Part shown: one piece after another, positions 1-9,558 of the stretch
Layout: each line of letters starts with the position of its first letter
Position numbering within the stretch: the stretch's first letter is position 1
Source of the DNA: a virus
Taxonomy: Duplodnaviria > Caudoviricetes
Length of the DNA stretch: 46,598 bases
Reading direction: 5' to 3' (one strand)
IMG/VR virus record: IMGVR_UViG_3300000932_000036
Span: 1-46,598 of that record
The notes under the pieces: model-generated
What the model was told of the DNA's origin: nothing
What the model saw: the letters and a program-made list of their open reading frames with translations, nothing else
Databases searched by the model: none
Made by a program: the position numbers and the translations under genes

Positions 1-807
1 ATGAAAAGTATGGATAAAGTATTTCTAAAAGACCTTAAGAAACAGGATCAGTATACCAAATTTTTTCAGAACTGGGCTGAGCAGGAGTTTAAAGCCCATC
101 CGAATGAAAAAAGGTTGATGGAAGAGCTTGAAGCCCTCAGTAAAAATATTGGGATTCGAGAAGGTTTGGTTATTGCCTGTTTTGATTATCGAAATTTAAA
201 CCTTGCTTTTTTCACGGGTGAAGTAGAAAGAATTACAGGCTATCCTGAATCGATTTTTCGAAAGAAAGGAATGGAAGTATCCTTCACGATGCTTCATCCC
301 GAAGACAGGGAAGAGATGTTTAAATTCCAGAAGATCGTATTTGACCAATTCCATCAATTGTCTTTGGCAGAAAGGCACACCTTTGAGTTTTCTTATACCA
401 CCAGATGGGTACATCGTACCACTAGGGAGATAAAGTGGATGATGGCGAAGGTTCGGCCGTACTTTATAGATAAGGCTGGTAACTTTGCGATGGATCTTCA
501 TATCATCTTTGAGCTTCATACCCCGCCCAAGGTGAATAGTTATGATTGGACCTATTCTTATACACAGGATGATGGTACCCGGGTATTGGTGACAAAAAGT
601 GCTCCCGAGAAAAAGAAAATTAAGCTTAGCAATAAGGAAAAGGAGGTTGTGCAATTTATTTTGGATGGGCTTTCTTCCAAGCTAATCGCCGATAAATTGA
701 ATATTTCAGTCAATACTGTAGCGACCCATCGGAAGAATATCCTTAGAAAGCTAGGGGCAAAAAACGTCGGTGAAATGCTCAAAATCATTGGGTCCTACGA
801 GTTTTAA
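1..807 (+). CDS. PAS-domain / LuxR-family HTH transcriptional regulator (host)
   Basis: Central PAS-like segment (ERITGY...MLHPEDRE) and C-terminal LuxR HTH (LSNKEKEV...GLSSKLIADKLNISVNTVATHRKNILRKLGAKN). Confidence 0.9.
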   Translation: MKSMDKVFLKDLKKQDQYTKFFQNWAEQEFKAHPNEKRLMEELEALSKNIGIREGLVIACFDYRNLNLAFFTGEVERITGYPESIFRKKGMEVSFTMLHPEDREEMFKFQKIVFDQFHQLSLAERHTFEFSYTTRWVHRTTREIKWMMAKVRPYFIDKAGNFAMDLHIIFELHTPPKVNSYDWTYSYTQDDGTRVLVTKSAPEKKKIKLSNKEKEVVQFILDGLSSKLIADKLNISVNTVATHRKNILRKLGAKNVGEMLKIIGSYEF

Positions 808-860
808 GGAATCGGAGATTGAATTTTTCGATTTTTCAAAAAAATTTCCACTCTTGAATA

Positions 861-890
861 TTGCAAAAATCGTAAGTAGGCGTACCTTTG
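861..890 (+). promoter_or_regulatory. Bacteroidetes housekeeping promoter of the tRNA pair
   Basis: TTG at 861-863, 19-nt spacer, TACCTTTG at 883-890 (perfect TAnnTTTG), 40 nt upstream of tRNA-Gly. Confidence 0.75.
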
Positions 891-930
891 CATCCACAAT
901 CAGCTAATCGAACGGATTAGCATTCAAAAA

Positions 931-1003
<73 letters not shown>

Positions 1004-1005
1004 CA

Positions 1006-1028
1006 AAAGCCCTTGATTCAAGGGCTTT
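1006..1028 (+). terminator. Hairpin after tRNA-Gly (terminator or processing stem)
   Basis: AAAGCCCTTGA-T-TCAAGGGCTTT inverted repeat followed by T-rich sequence. Confidence 0.5.
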
Positions 1029-1072
1029 CTTGTTTCAAGACCATGACAATTCTCTATTGCAAGATAGAGCAA

Positions 1073-1156
1073 GCCGGGATGGTGGAATAGGTAGACACGC
1101 AAGACTTAAAATCTTGTGGCCTTTAGGCCGTGCGGGTTCGATTCCCGCTCCTGGTA
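1073..1156 (+). tRNA. tRNA-Leu (TAA), probable prophage integration site
   Basis: GCCGGGA/TCCTGGT acceptor stem, CAAGA-CTTAAAA-TCTTG anticodon arm, long variable arm GGCCTTTAGGCC, GGTTCGATTCC T arm. Integrase begins 146 nt downstream. Confidence 0.96.
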
Positions 1157-1204
1157 CAATTTGCCGAGAAATCGGCGCATCTGTGATGTATGCGGTGTTT
1201 TTTG

Positions 1205-1304
1205 TTTCACACAAAATTTCACCAGCATGCCTATATCAACTATTAGCGGGGTCTCCGGATCCCGCTTTTCTCCAATTTTTCACACAAAAATTTCCCCGGC
1301 CATG
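1205..1304 (+). repeat. Imperfect direct repeat in the att region (candidate integrase arm sites)
   Basis: TTTCACACAAAATTTCACCAGCATG (1205-1229) versus TTTCACACAAAAATTTCCCCGGCCATG (1278-1304). Confidence 0.55.
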
Positions 1305-2456
1305 AGAGCTTCTGTCTCATGCCGAATCCGCTTTGACCGTGCAAATAAGTCAGGGGAAGCCTCTGTTTATCTTCAGATAATCATTGAATCCAAGCGGACA
1401 ACTGTACCCTTGAAGGTATCCTGGCCGGTGGGATTCTTTGATAATTCCAGAGGAAAGTTCCTTCCCCGGTTCCGGGGAGATCAATTAGCACTGGACCTTA
1501 ACATGGAGGCAGATAAGGAAATGGCCAAGATCAATGAGATATTCATGTTCTATCGGCATTCGGATATGAACTTGACCATTGAGCAGTTCCAAAAAGAATA
1601 TCGCCGCTATGGAGCGAAGAAGGATTTCTTGCTATGGGCTGAGCAGGATGTAAAGGATAGGTATGCAGCTTTCAAAATTGCCAATCAGACCTATAGAAAT
1701 GATCTTAGTGCGATTAATAAGATCAGGAAGTATAAAGCAGAAATTCCCTTTAGCTCAATTAATAAGGACTTTCTCGAAAGCCTGCAGGCATGGCTTACTT
1801 CCAAAGGTGGGGTAAGGATCTCCTCAGCATGGAGAATATTAAAGACGCTAACAACCTACGCCAGACGTGCTGATCAGGCAGGGATTTCGGTCAATTTGGA
1901 GAGCATCTCCAAGTACACCATGCCAAAATACGAAAACCGAAAAACCTACCTTGCTCCGGAAGAGCTAAAGAGCCTCCGGGATTATTATCAAAGCCCAACC
2001 ATAGCAGATCATCATTACCGTATCCTTGGCCATTTCCTTTTTTCCTGCATCACGGGACTGCGATTTTCAGATGTTCAGCGCGTGACCTGGAAGAATATCC
2101 ATGGTGACATGCTGATATTCGTCCCCTATAAAACCAGGAGGATGGAAAAGCTGGTTAAGATCCCTTTACTTGAGGAGCATTTTCGCCTGATTCACAACGA
2201 AAAGGGAAAGCTTTTCAATACCGTTACCGAACAGGTAACCAATCGAACCCTAAAGGATATTGCCTCCCAGTGTGGTATCCGGAAAAATCTGACTACCCAC
2301 GTGGCTAGACATACTTTTGCAACGGAATCTTTGAGAAAGGGAATAGGGGTAGAAGTAGTCAAGGAGCTAATGGGGCATGAGAAGATAGAGACGACGTTAG
2401 AGTATACCCACGTAGATGAAGCCAGACTGAGGGAGGAAATGAAAAAGTTAGGGTGA
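1302..2456 (+). CDS. int: Tyrosine recombinase / phage integrase
   Basis: Catalytic motifs TGLRFSD, HVARHTFAT, LMGH and TTLEY, with a Bacteroidetes Arm-DNA-binding-like N-terminus. Start moved to ATG 1302 because the ORF-track start overlaps the tRNA. Confidence 0.95.
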   Translation: MRASVSCRIRFDRANKSGEASVYLQIIIESKRTTVPLKVSWPVGFFDNSRGKFLPRFRGDQLALDLNMEADKEMAKINEIFMFYRHSDMNLTIEQFQKEYRRYGAKKDFLLWAEQDVKDRYAAFKIANQTYRNDLSAINKIRKYKAEIPFSSINKDFLESLQAWLTSKGGVRISSAWRILKTLTTYARRADQAGISVNLESISKYTMPKYENRKTYLAPEELKSLRDYYQSPTIADHHYRILGHFLFSCITGLRFSDVQRVTWKNIHGDMLIFVPYKTRRMEKLVKIPLLEEHFRLIHNEKGKLFNTVTEQVTNRTLKDIASQCGIRKNLTTHVARHTFATESLRKGIGVEVVKELMGHEKIETTLEYTHVDEARLREEMKKLG

Positions 2457-2460
2457 GGGG

Positions 2461-2487
2461 CCTACCCTTCAAAAAAGAAGGGTCAGG
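2461..2487. terminator. Hairpin between the convergent integrase and 72-aa ORF
   Basis: ACCCTTC-AAAAAA-GAAGGGT stem-loop immediately after the integrase stop. Confidence 0.4.
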
Positions 2488-2519
2488 CTCTCCGTATTAC
2501 ATGGTACTTACTTCGATCC

Positions 2520-2738
2520 CTAGGCCGTGACTTCGTGACAGTCGCCTATGAACTGAATAATTGTATCAACCAAATGATAAGTGACTCTCACATCTTCAGA
2601 AGGCTGGCACTCGCATGCAATCTTGGGGATTACATCTCTAATGCAGGTAAGCTCCAGCATCATGGCTTCTGGACATAGATGAGAATTTAGATCAAAGAAG
2701 TTTTTAACTGCCTTCACCAGTTGTTCATCATTTTTCAT
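2520..2738 (-). CDS. Small hypothetical protein (72 aa)
   Basis: ATG ORF with an A-rich leader in an otherwise non-coding gap. Confidence 0.6.
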   Translation of the reverse strand: MKNDEQLVKAVKNFFDLNSHLCPEAMMLELTCIRDVIPKIACECQPSEDVRVTYHLVDTIIQFIGDCHEVTA

Positions 2739-2800
2739 AGGGGATGAAATGGTTTAGTTTAACAAAAAAGAAACCCCTAATTTCTTATTAATTGAAGCTC

Positions 2801-2828
2801 AAAAAATACCATAAACAGGGTAATTTTC
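2801..2828. promoter_or_regulatory. Putative operator, copy 1 (TACCATA-AA-CAGGGTA)
   Basis: 22 nt identical, and 27/28 overall, to 20273-20300. Imperfect palindrome between divergent genes. Confidence 0.6.
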
Positions 2829-2883
2829 AGGTAGTTAATAGCATTTTTATATATACGTAAGAACTTTTTATTATTATGTCCAG

Positions 2884-3141
2884 ATGAATTTGTCAAGGAA
2901 ATTAACAGAAGATGAGATGAAACTCCGAGAAGAGCTAGAAGTCTTGGAGGAGAGGATCCGAATGAAGATCCGAAGGATTGGACTGACGAATCAGAAACTG
3001 CCTTATGAGCGGCTATCGAAAGGCCGCCAACTAAAGGAATTGTGTCTTGCGGCGATTTCGTATCTTGATGCCGGAGAGGAGATCAAGCTGCAGGAATGCT
3101 TAAGGAGCTTGAGGGAAAAGGGAATAAAGATTGAATTATGA
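2884..3141 (+). CDS. Small helical hypothetical protein (85 aa)
   Basis: Charged coiled-coil-like ORF whose stop overlaps the next start (ATGA). Confidence 0.7.
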   Translation: MNLSRKLTEDEMKLREELEVLEERIRMKIRRIGLTNQKLPYERLSKGRQLKELCLAAISYLDAGEEIKLQECLRSLREKGIKIEL

Positions 3142-3827
3142 ATTTGGACCAATTATCAAAATTAATAACTAACTCAACAGAAATTTTAATGGTTGGAGTT
3201 TCTCTTATATCTATGATTTTTACTGGGTTGCAGGCTTTTTTGCTTTTTAAAGGTTTTCAGATTGCGAAAAATTTTGACTCAGAGCATAAAACAAAGCTCA
3301 AGATTGAAAATAATTACGAATTAGCACGCGAAATAATCAAGGATATTTCATTCGTTAACAATCTTATTGATAGTTTTTTTACAAATTTAGATTACTATTC
3401 TGTTATAAGATTTTTGAATGAAAATAAACCAAAAAAAATTCATAGTAAACTTAATTTTCAACACGGTAAGCTCATACTATTAGATCAAAAAATCTATAAT
3501 AGAAGAAAAGAATATTTAGATATCATTTCAAATATTGACATGAATATTTCTTTAATGAAAGACCCAATTGCTATAGGTCTTCTAAAGGATTACAAGTTTC
3601 GTTTCTTTAATTTAATTTATTTTCCTGAGAATGAGCTTACTAAATTTATTCAAAATGAATATGAGAATGATCAAAAAACAGAAAAAGATAATAATTATGG
3701 ACTTTCAGTTTGGAGTAAATATCCTGTCCCGTATTCACACAATGATAAAAGAATTGAGGAAACGGCTAATTATTATAAAGCTTTCAAAGCTCTTTTTGAC
3801 TATTTGATTTCTAGTAAGATTCCATAA
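3138..3827 (+). CDS. AT-rich moron, N-terminal transmembrane protein
   Basis: Hydrophobic segment ILMVGVSLISMIFTGLQAFLLF and visibly very AT-rich DNA. Confidence 0.75.
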   Translation: MNLDQLSKLITNSTEILMVGVSLISMIFTGLQAFLLFKGFQIAKNFDSEHKTKLKIENNYELAREIIKDISFVNNLIDSFFTNLDYYSVIRFLNENKPKKIHSKLNFQHGKLILLDQKIYNRRKEYLDIISNIDMNISLMKDPIAIGLLKDYKFRFFNLIYFPENELTKFIQNEYENDQKTEKDNNYGLSVWSKYPVPYSHNDKRIEETANYYKAFKALFDYLISSKIP

Positions 3828-3959
3828 AAAATCAAAGCCAAATTTATGTTACAACAAAGGTTATTGAAAAATTCAAGTTCAATCAAACACATCAGTTTTT
3901 CATATTTTGGAAACTCGAGCTTATAATTTTTCATAAGGTTTTCAAGCGAAGTTTTAAAA

Positions 3960-3983
3960 AAAAGCGGCCCGAGAGCCGCTTTT
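3960..3983. terminator. Bidirectional intrinsic terminator
   Basis: AAAAGCGGC-CCGAGA-GCCGCTTTT with A and T tails, between the convergent moron and tail-fibre genes. Confidence 0.85.
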
Positions 3984-3989
3984 CAAATT

Positions 3990-5831
3990 TTACATGGCCA
4001 AGCTGACCTGCCCGGAGGCTTTTTCCAGTCTAGCTTTTATTCCTGAATCTGCATCGAACTGTAAAGTAGGATTGGTCTCGGTGAAAGATCCATCAACTGC
4101 CCAGTTTCCAGTAACAGTGTAATCATCGTTTCCGAGATAATCACCTGGGAAATGAACCAAATCATCCTGCAGATCTCCTCCTGCAAAAGTTTCATAGGAT
4201 CTGAATCTTGTCAGAGCTTTTATTGTCAAATCAGATGCTGGTTTGTGAATAAATAGCGTGACAGTTCCTTCGAAATATAGGAATGAATCAACTCCTGGGA
4301 TATTACCAGATGGCAGTTTGACTTCGATATTACCCAATTTCAATCGGACCAAAGGTTGAGTTCCGTTTGGCTTGACATAGTAGTTCAGATTTATTTCCAA
4401 GACCATTTGTGCTCCAAAATTTACAGCAGCAACAAATTCCTCTCGGATAAAACCCAATTGGGCAATTGTTTCATATCCAGTACCTGAATGGGTGATTTCT
4501 GATTGAACGCCCATTGGAGTTCCAATCGATATTGGGTTTTGTGTGAATGGAGCAATCATCTCCATTACCTGCGCCTCAGTGACAAATTGGCTTAGATCTA
4601 CCTCAGCCTTATAAGGAGAATGCACCAAATAAATTTCCACTGATTCATCTGCGGCAAATGTTCCCGGTATTTCTCCATCATTACTTGTGATGTATTCTGC
4701 CTTGATTTCTACAAAATCCCCTTCGTCACTGAAATTGTTACCTAGTCTGAAAACATATCCTTCCTTGTTCTGATCTGGAAGATCAATGACTAATAGTCTT
4801 TCTCCATAGTCAGGCTGAGGATCTTGGTCGATAATGAAATCAAGAACTTCTTGGAAATTTTCCGCTGTTTTGGAGATAACTAATCGAGTTACCTCATTCA
4901 TGCTCAATGAGTCAAATCCAATTTTTCCTGTTCCCGGATCTGTAACGGTAAGTGAGCTGCTGTTTGGTTGAAGTGTTGCATTTACACTCAGCTCAGCTCT
5001 GTTTTCTTGCTGGAATTCAGCTGTGCTGCTAATAAGAGCAGCGTTCCCTACGATAAAAGTATCCAGGTCATGCACTCCGTTTAGAATGTCTTGGATATCC
5101 AATAATGGGGTTTCAGCATCGATAGGAATTACAGAGCCTTCATTTGTGCTTATTACCATGCGGTAATTCTTTGTCCCTCCGGAAGTATCAACTCCTCCAA
5201 TCCTTACTATTGCCGCTTTGCTCATGTCATTGAGAGCAATTAGCAATTCTTGGGATTTGGAGTATATGCCGATATTTCTTTCATCTAGTGTGTCAGATGG
5301 AAAATAAATACGAATCTGACCTGCATTGTCCTCAAAAAATATCTCTCCTGGATCAAGAGCTGCAGTCATACTTGCGGATGCAGCCAATGTGTACTCAGGT
5401 AAATTCGCTGGATCTTCGTAAAGCCATGTTGTGGCTCTAAATTGCCCCTCTGTAGAAGCAATACCTATTAAAACAGTTTCGGTATCTGGCTCCTGTATCC
5501 CATCATTCACCATTCTCAGCAATGCTCCTCCTGCATCTTGCTGTTGAGTTGAGAAATCTCTGATTAGGAATAATTGTCCATTTTCGAAGTTTCCAAATTC
5601 CGGATCATCCCATAGGTTTTCGGCAGTATCATAAATGGGAATATTTGTGGATCCACCTGTTTCCTCTGTACCACCAAGGATATTTGATAGCTCGCTCCAG
5701 GCTGTTACGCCATCACCGATTTTTAATTCGCCTGTATCGGTGGACCAGGCTAGTTCTCCTTGTGCAAGGATTGGATCTTCTTGCGCCCAAAAGGCCGCTT
5801 TGTCTCGTCTGAGTTGAATTCTGTGGCTCAT
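3990..5831 (-). CDS. Tail fibre / receptor-binding protein with an Mtd_N-like N-terminal domain
   Basis: N-terminus IQLRRDKAAFWAQEDPILAQGELAWSTDTGELKIGDGVTAW fits the Mtd_N / hyaluronidase-N pattern. Last gene of the tail operon. Confidence 0.75.
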   Translation of the reverse strand: MSHRIQLRRDKAAFWAQEDPILAQGELAWSTDTGELKIGDGVTAWSELSNILGGTEETGGSTNIPIYDTAENLWDDPEFGNFENGQLFLIRDFSTQQQDAGGALLRMVNDGIQEPDTETVLIGIASTEGQFRATTWLYEDPANLPEYTLAASASMTAALDPGEIFFEDNAGQIRIYFPSDTLDERNIGIYSKSQELLIALNDMSKAAIVRIGGVDTSGGTKNYRMVISTNEGSVIPIDAETPLLDIQDILNGVHDLDTFIVGNAALISSTAEFQQENRAELSVNATLQPNSSSLTVTDPGTGKIGFDSLSMNEVTRLVISKTAENFQEVLDFIIDQDPQPDYGERLLVIDLPDQNKEGYVFRLGNNFSDEGDFVEIKAEYITSNDGEIPGTFAADESVEIYLVHSPYKAEVDLSQFVTEAQVMEMIAPFTQNPISIGTPMGVQSEITHSGTGYETIAQLGFIREEFVAAVNFGAQMVLEINLNYYVKPNGTQPLVRLKLGNIEVKLPSGNIPGVDSFLYFEGTVTLFIHKPASDLTIKALTRFRSYETFAGGDLQDDLVHFPGDYLGNDDYTVTGNWAVDGSFTETNPTLQFDADSGIKARLEKASGQVSLAM

Positions 5832-8152
5832 AGTTGAAAGGATTGTGCGTTACCGCCGTCAATGATTTGTGTTGTTAAGTAGACCGAAGATGCACTGCCA
5901 CCATCAATGTGGAAAGGACAAATAATTGACTTAAAAGTGTATAGGTCTCCAGTCGGCAGATTAGCGAGTATTGGCTCTCTTCGATAAAAAATATATCTGT
6001 CACTTGGCCCGAGCGCAAATGGCCGATAGATTAAAATTGCCTTATTATCTAAATGCTCAAAAAACAGATCATATTCAGTTGCTGAAACCTTGACAAGCGT
6101 AAAAACCTCCGGATTCAATGACCCGTCCACTTCCAATACACTGTCAACATATGCTCCAAGACCATCATTAATTAGTGCACAATAGAGATTTCCTCTCTGT
6201 GTAATATCTCCGTCAAGTGTAGTGAGAATATCCAGTTTAAACTGAAAATCTCTGATTTGAGGACCAGAAGGAGAGGTTGTTTTAATCCTTACAATTCGGG
6301 AGAATCCTACCGACAAGTTTCTGGTAGCGAAAGACCCAATCCGATCTGCACGGACGATGACGATCTTTCCGTTAGTATTTACCTGGATCAGATTCGATGG
6401 ATTTTCTGGATCTGCCAGATTGGAAAGCGTGATGGATGATTGGATGGTTTGATTTCCCGGTGCAGATTTGGAGACGAAGTCACTTAGATCCTCCGGAGTG
6501 ACTTGAGGGGTATTGTCACCTGCAGGCGTGCGAATGACCCGAGCAAGCAGGATAGTCCCTGCAGGAATGGCTGGATCGATCAGCTGATCAGGATCTTCCT
6601 CACCAGCTACCCAGATCACATCACCATTGTCATCTCCCACGGCGTAATCGATGCGACTGTACTCGGCAGGAGTGCCCGTGATACCTGTCAGGTTTTGAGC
6701 TCCCCCATCATACTCCACCCCTGCGATGATCCATTTCCAGCCATCTACATCCACATCTGTAGCACTGTTGAATTCCACCGTGCCCGTCTGAGATACTCCA
6801 TCCACAGGAGCAGGATCTTGTAGGTCCTGCACCTTCTGATGCTCTTCGGCTGTAAGGTGGAAGTATTCCCCTTCTTCGGAATCTCCTCCCTGCAAGCCGG
6901 CCAGCTCGTTGTGATTGCCAGAAGGGATATTCTCGAGGATCTCGGCCAACATATTTTCCCAGGTGATGAAAAACCAGCCCGGAGTGCCAGGCTTTTGCAC
7001 AGGAAAAAGCAAGCCGGAAGGATCGCTTTGCTGTGGAAATTCGCCGATATTCGGAGGCAGATAAAAGTCATCATCCCCCGGCCCGATGATCACTGGATCA
7101 ATGAGGGGGCTTTTTTTTTTAAAAAGACTGAGGTAAATCGTCTGGCGCGTATAGCTGAATTTGAAGTCCAGACTGGTGAGTACATTCTCCGGAGCGGAGT
7201 AATCCGGATTGAGAAGTCTGATCTCAGTAACAGTCTCTTCGATCAAAAAGTATTTTTCTTTTGCCTGGAAAAAATCCATGGCCCAGAGCAACTCCGCACG
7301 GCTTCGGAAAAAGCCGGTATTCTTCTCAAAGGCCAGGCGCGGTGTGACCAGGTAATCCCGCTCGTATTCATCATCGAAAAGGGCTGCATCCACTTCGATG
7401 GGATTGGTAGATTCCCGCTCGCCGGTCAGCCGGATAGTATCGATGCCGCCTACCGAATTTTTAAAAAGGAAAAAATCATCCCACTCGAAAAACTCATCCG
7501 TCAGCACGTAACGCTGCACGTAGGTCGAAAAGGCCTCTCCTCCATCATTCTCCACCCATACATCGATATAGATGGGTTGGTCTACAAACTCATTCCTCAG
7601 ATCGGAATAAGTCATATTGACCGTGTAATGCTTGCCCGTAGCCAGGCTGTGCAAAGTCTTTGTCTCCGAAGCTCCTCCGGAGAAGTAGCCACGGATCTTC
7701 ACCAGCGCCGCCTGCTGGGTAAAGAAGCTCAGCCACTCGGGCTGAATGTCTTTCACCTTCTTAATCTGCGGCTGCCAGGTGAGCCAGGACTCCTTCAGGA
7801 AAGCAGCACAATCCAAATTGACGGTGGATGAACCACCTTTGATAGCCGTAAAAGTGATTTCCTCCGAAGACTCACCCGAGATGATCTCCACCGTGAACGT
7901 ATCGAATGAGCGTGTCTGCTCATAGAGATCCACATCACCCGGAAGATCCAGGTGTAGATATTCATCCAGCAAGTCACGAAGCAGCACCCGGCTGCGCCCC
8001 TGCTCATCTGCCGTATAATATTCGGACAGAATGAGGGTTGCGCCCTTGCTGATATTGACGGTCATCCCGAGCCCATCGGTTTGCACGATGAGCTCGGGAA
8101 TATTGCCGACAAAAGTCAGGGACTGGGGTTGCTGGAGAATAGTCAAGGCCAT
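5828..8152 (-). CDS. Minor tail / baseplate structural protein (774 aa)
   Basis: Acidic, beta-rich protein in the tail region. C-terminal IDGG...IDGG motifs directly precede the Mtd_N protein. Confidence 0.65.
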   Translation of the reverse strand: MALTILQQPQSLTFVGNIPELIVQTDGLGMTVNISKGATLILSEYYTADEQGRSRVLLRDLLDEYLHLDLPGDVDLYEQTRSFDTFTVEIISGESSEEITFTAIKGGSSTVNLDCAAFLKESWLTWQPQIKKVKDIQPEWLSFFTQQAALVKIRGYFSGGASETKTLHSLATGKHYTVNMTYSDLRNEFVDQPIYIDVWVENDGGEAFSTYVQRYVLTDEFFEWDDFFLFKNSVGGIDTIRLTGERESTNPIEVDAALFDDEYERDYLVTPRLAFEKNTGFFRSRAELLWAMDFFQAKEKYFLIEETVTEIRLLNPDYSAPENVLTSLDFKFSYTRQTIYLSLFKKKSPLIDPVIIGPGDDDFYLPPNIGEFPQQSDPSGLLFPVQKPGTPGWFFITWENMLAEILENIPSGNHNELAGLQGGDSEEGEYFHLTAEEHQKVQDLQDPAPVDGVSQTGTVEFNSATDVDVDGWKWIIAGVEYDGGAQNLTGITGTPAEYSRIDYAVGDDNGDVIWVAGEEDPDQLIDPAIPAGTILLARVIRTPAGDNTPQVTPEDLSDFVSKSAPGNQTIQSSITLSNLADPENPSNLIQVNTNGKIVIVRADRIGSFATRNLSVGFSRIVRIKTTSPSGPQIRDFQFKLDILTTLDGDITQRGNLYCALINDGLGAYVDSVLEVDGSLNPEVFTLVKVSATEYDLFFEHLDNKAILIYRPFALGPSDRYIFYRREPILANLPTGDLYTFKSIICPFHIDGGSASSVYLTTQIIDGGNAQSFQL
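5885..5919 (-). promoter_or_regulatory. Putative phage late promoter (internal copy upstream of the fibre gene)
   Basis: Minus strand GTCCTTT-N20-CATCTTCG, the same spacing as four intergenic copies, 54 nt upstream of the fibre start. Confidence 0.4.
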
Positions 8153-8161
8153 CTATTCAGA

Positions 8162-8602
8162 TTAATTGCTGGTGTAGAGCGGTTTGAATTTCAGCGTCTT
8201 CCTTCCGTCAGGATAATAAAGCGGGTATTTGATAATCACCTTTTCTCCTTTGCCGGATTGGGCTATTTCCTCGGGGCCCAGTGAAGTAGCTACTTTACCG
8301 TCAGGAATGGCCGAGTAGTCCTCGAGGACTTTGAAACGCACCCCTTTGACATACTCAAAGTAGATCATCGAAATAGCCTCGGGTCCTGCCTGGTAAGCTG
8401 CATCACTGCGCTGGCCAGTATCTTCGATATCGATCATCACGGAGGCACCGTTGACCTCGAGGGGAGCGGTGAGTAATGGATAAGCCGGCTGCACGGTACG
8501 GCTGACGGATACAAGACTGGACGACTTGCATCCTGTCAGAAGTGGAGACACTGCCAAAGCGATCAGCAAGGTCAGCGCGATTTTGGTAATCATGTTTTTC
8601 AT
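8162..8602 (-). CDS. Lipoprotein in the lysis cassette
   Basis: Signal peptide ending in the lipobox LLTG-C. Confidence 0.75.
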   Translation of the reverse strand: MKNMITKIALTLLIALAVSPLLTGCKSSSLVSVSRTVQPAYPLLTAPLEVNGASVMIDIEDTGQRSDAAYQAGPEAISMIYFEYVKGVRFKVLEDYSAIPDGKVATSLGPEEIAQSGKGEKVIIKYPLYYPDGRKTLKFKPLYTSN

Positions 8603-8614
8603 GGTGTATGAAGG

Positions 8615-9157
8615 TTAGGTTAGAAATTTTCGGATAGTAAGAAACGCTAATAGGAGAGCAGCTCCGACGATCAACTGCTTGAAGTCATGCCAGAGCTGCT
8701 GATACCAGGTTTTAGAGACCTCTACAGTTACTCGTGTGTACTCCGTTCGCAGCCGTTCGAGCTCATAAGTCATGAGCTCGATCATTTTTTCCTGCAGCTC
8801 ACAAATGGCTTTAAGGTTTCCCTTTTCATCCACTTGAATTCGTGCAGACATCTTGCTGGTTGGGTCTCGGTTGCCTTGCAGCATTGCATTGATCAAAGAG
8901 ACATTGACACCGGAGCGAATCATGGAATCAAGCTTTTGGTAATTGATTTCCGGAGACTCAGAGACGGCCCCCGGAATATTCTCCTCTACTGGAACCTGTC
9001 TGACAATAGTAGAATCAGTCACTTGGGTATCGGTACCTGTAATGACTTTCTTTGCGCCGCAAGACCAGGAAAGCAGGAGGATGCAGAGCAGGCAGAAATG
9101 TTTCACCCTCATCACCATCGTGCTCTGACCCTCCTGTATGTTTTCAATGATGCTCAT
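8615..9157 (-). CDS. Putative unimolecular spanin (real start probably ATG 9112)
   Basis: Lipoprotein signal MRVKHFCLLCILLLSWS-C, a coiled-coil segment and a C-terminal TM helix (LIVGAALLLAFLTI). Follows the holin and endolysin candidates. Confidence 0.65.
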   Translation of the reverse strand: MSIIENIQEGQSTMVMRVKHFCLLCILLLSWSCGAKKVITGTDTQVTDSTIVRQVPVEENIPGAVSESPEINYQKLDSMIRSGVNVSLINAMLQGNRDPTSKMSARIQVDEKGNLKAICELQEKMIELMTYELERLRTEYTRVTVEVSKTWYQQLWHDFKQLIVGAALLLAFLTIRKFLT

Positions 9158-9558
9158 TGGATGATCAGTTTATCTCTATTTTGGACCAGCTTGAGAAGCC
9201 GCTCCATGGTGCGGCGTGAATTGGTGATATCCAATATTTGATCCCCGTCTAGATGCATTCGATTCTCACCTACTGCAATGCAGCCACGAAGCTGATGGAC
9301 AAAGTTTGCCGGATGAATCAGGATGTAGGATCTACCAGGCACATCGATAATGTGGAGATGATTGGCAAATCTCGGAGAGCTGCGGTGCAAAAGGCGGTAT
9401 TCGCCTTTGGGGATGCAGGAAATCTGGACGTGATTATCCCTCCAGGGAAGCTCCAAAGTACAGCATTCAAAGATAGTCCGACCAGCTTCAACCACTCTGA
9501 GTCGACCGTGAGTTACATTCTCATCTTGCAGGTCTCGATTAATAATCAGTGTTCGCAT
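9154..9558 (-). CDS. DUF5675-like protein, candidate endolysin
   Basis: Motifs TLELPW, SCIPKGEY, ILIHPAN and RGCIAVG. Lies between holin and spanin. Confidence 0.75.
   Translation of the reverse strand: MRTLIINRDLQDENVTHGRLRVVEAGRTIFECCTLELPWRDNHVQISCIPKGEYRLLHRSSPRFANHLHIIDVPGRSYILIHPANFVHQLRGCIAVGENRMHLDGDQILDITNSRRTMERLLKLVQNRDKLIIQ

Noticed and set aside
1130-1160. attR duplicate of the tRNA-Leu 3' end
   Set aside because: No second copy was found by eye. The prophage evidently continues past 46598.
3990-5831. Diversity-generating retroelement, suggested by the Mtd_N-like domain
   Set aside because: No reverse transcriptase motif and no TR/VR repeat pair seen in the window. Mtd_N is also common in non-DGR fibres. 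The unseen right part of the prophage cannot be excluded.
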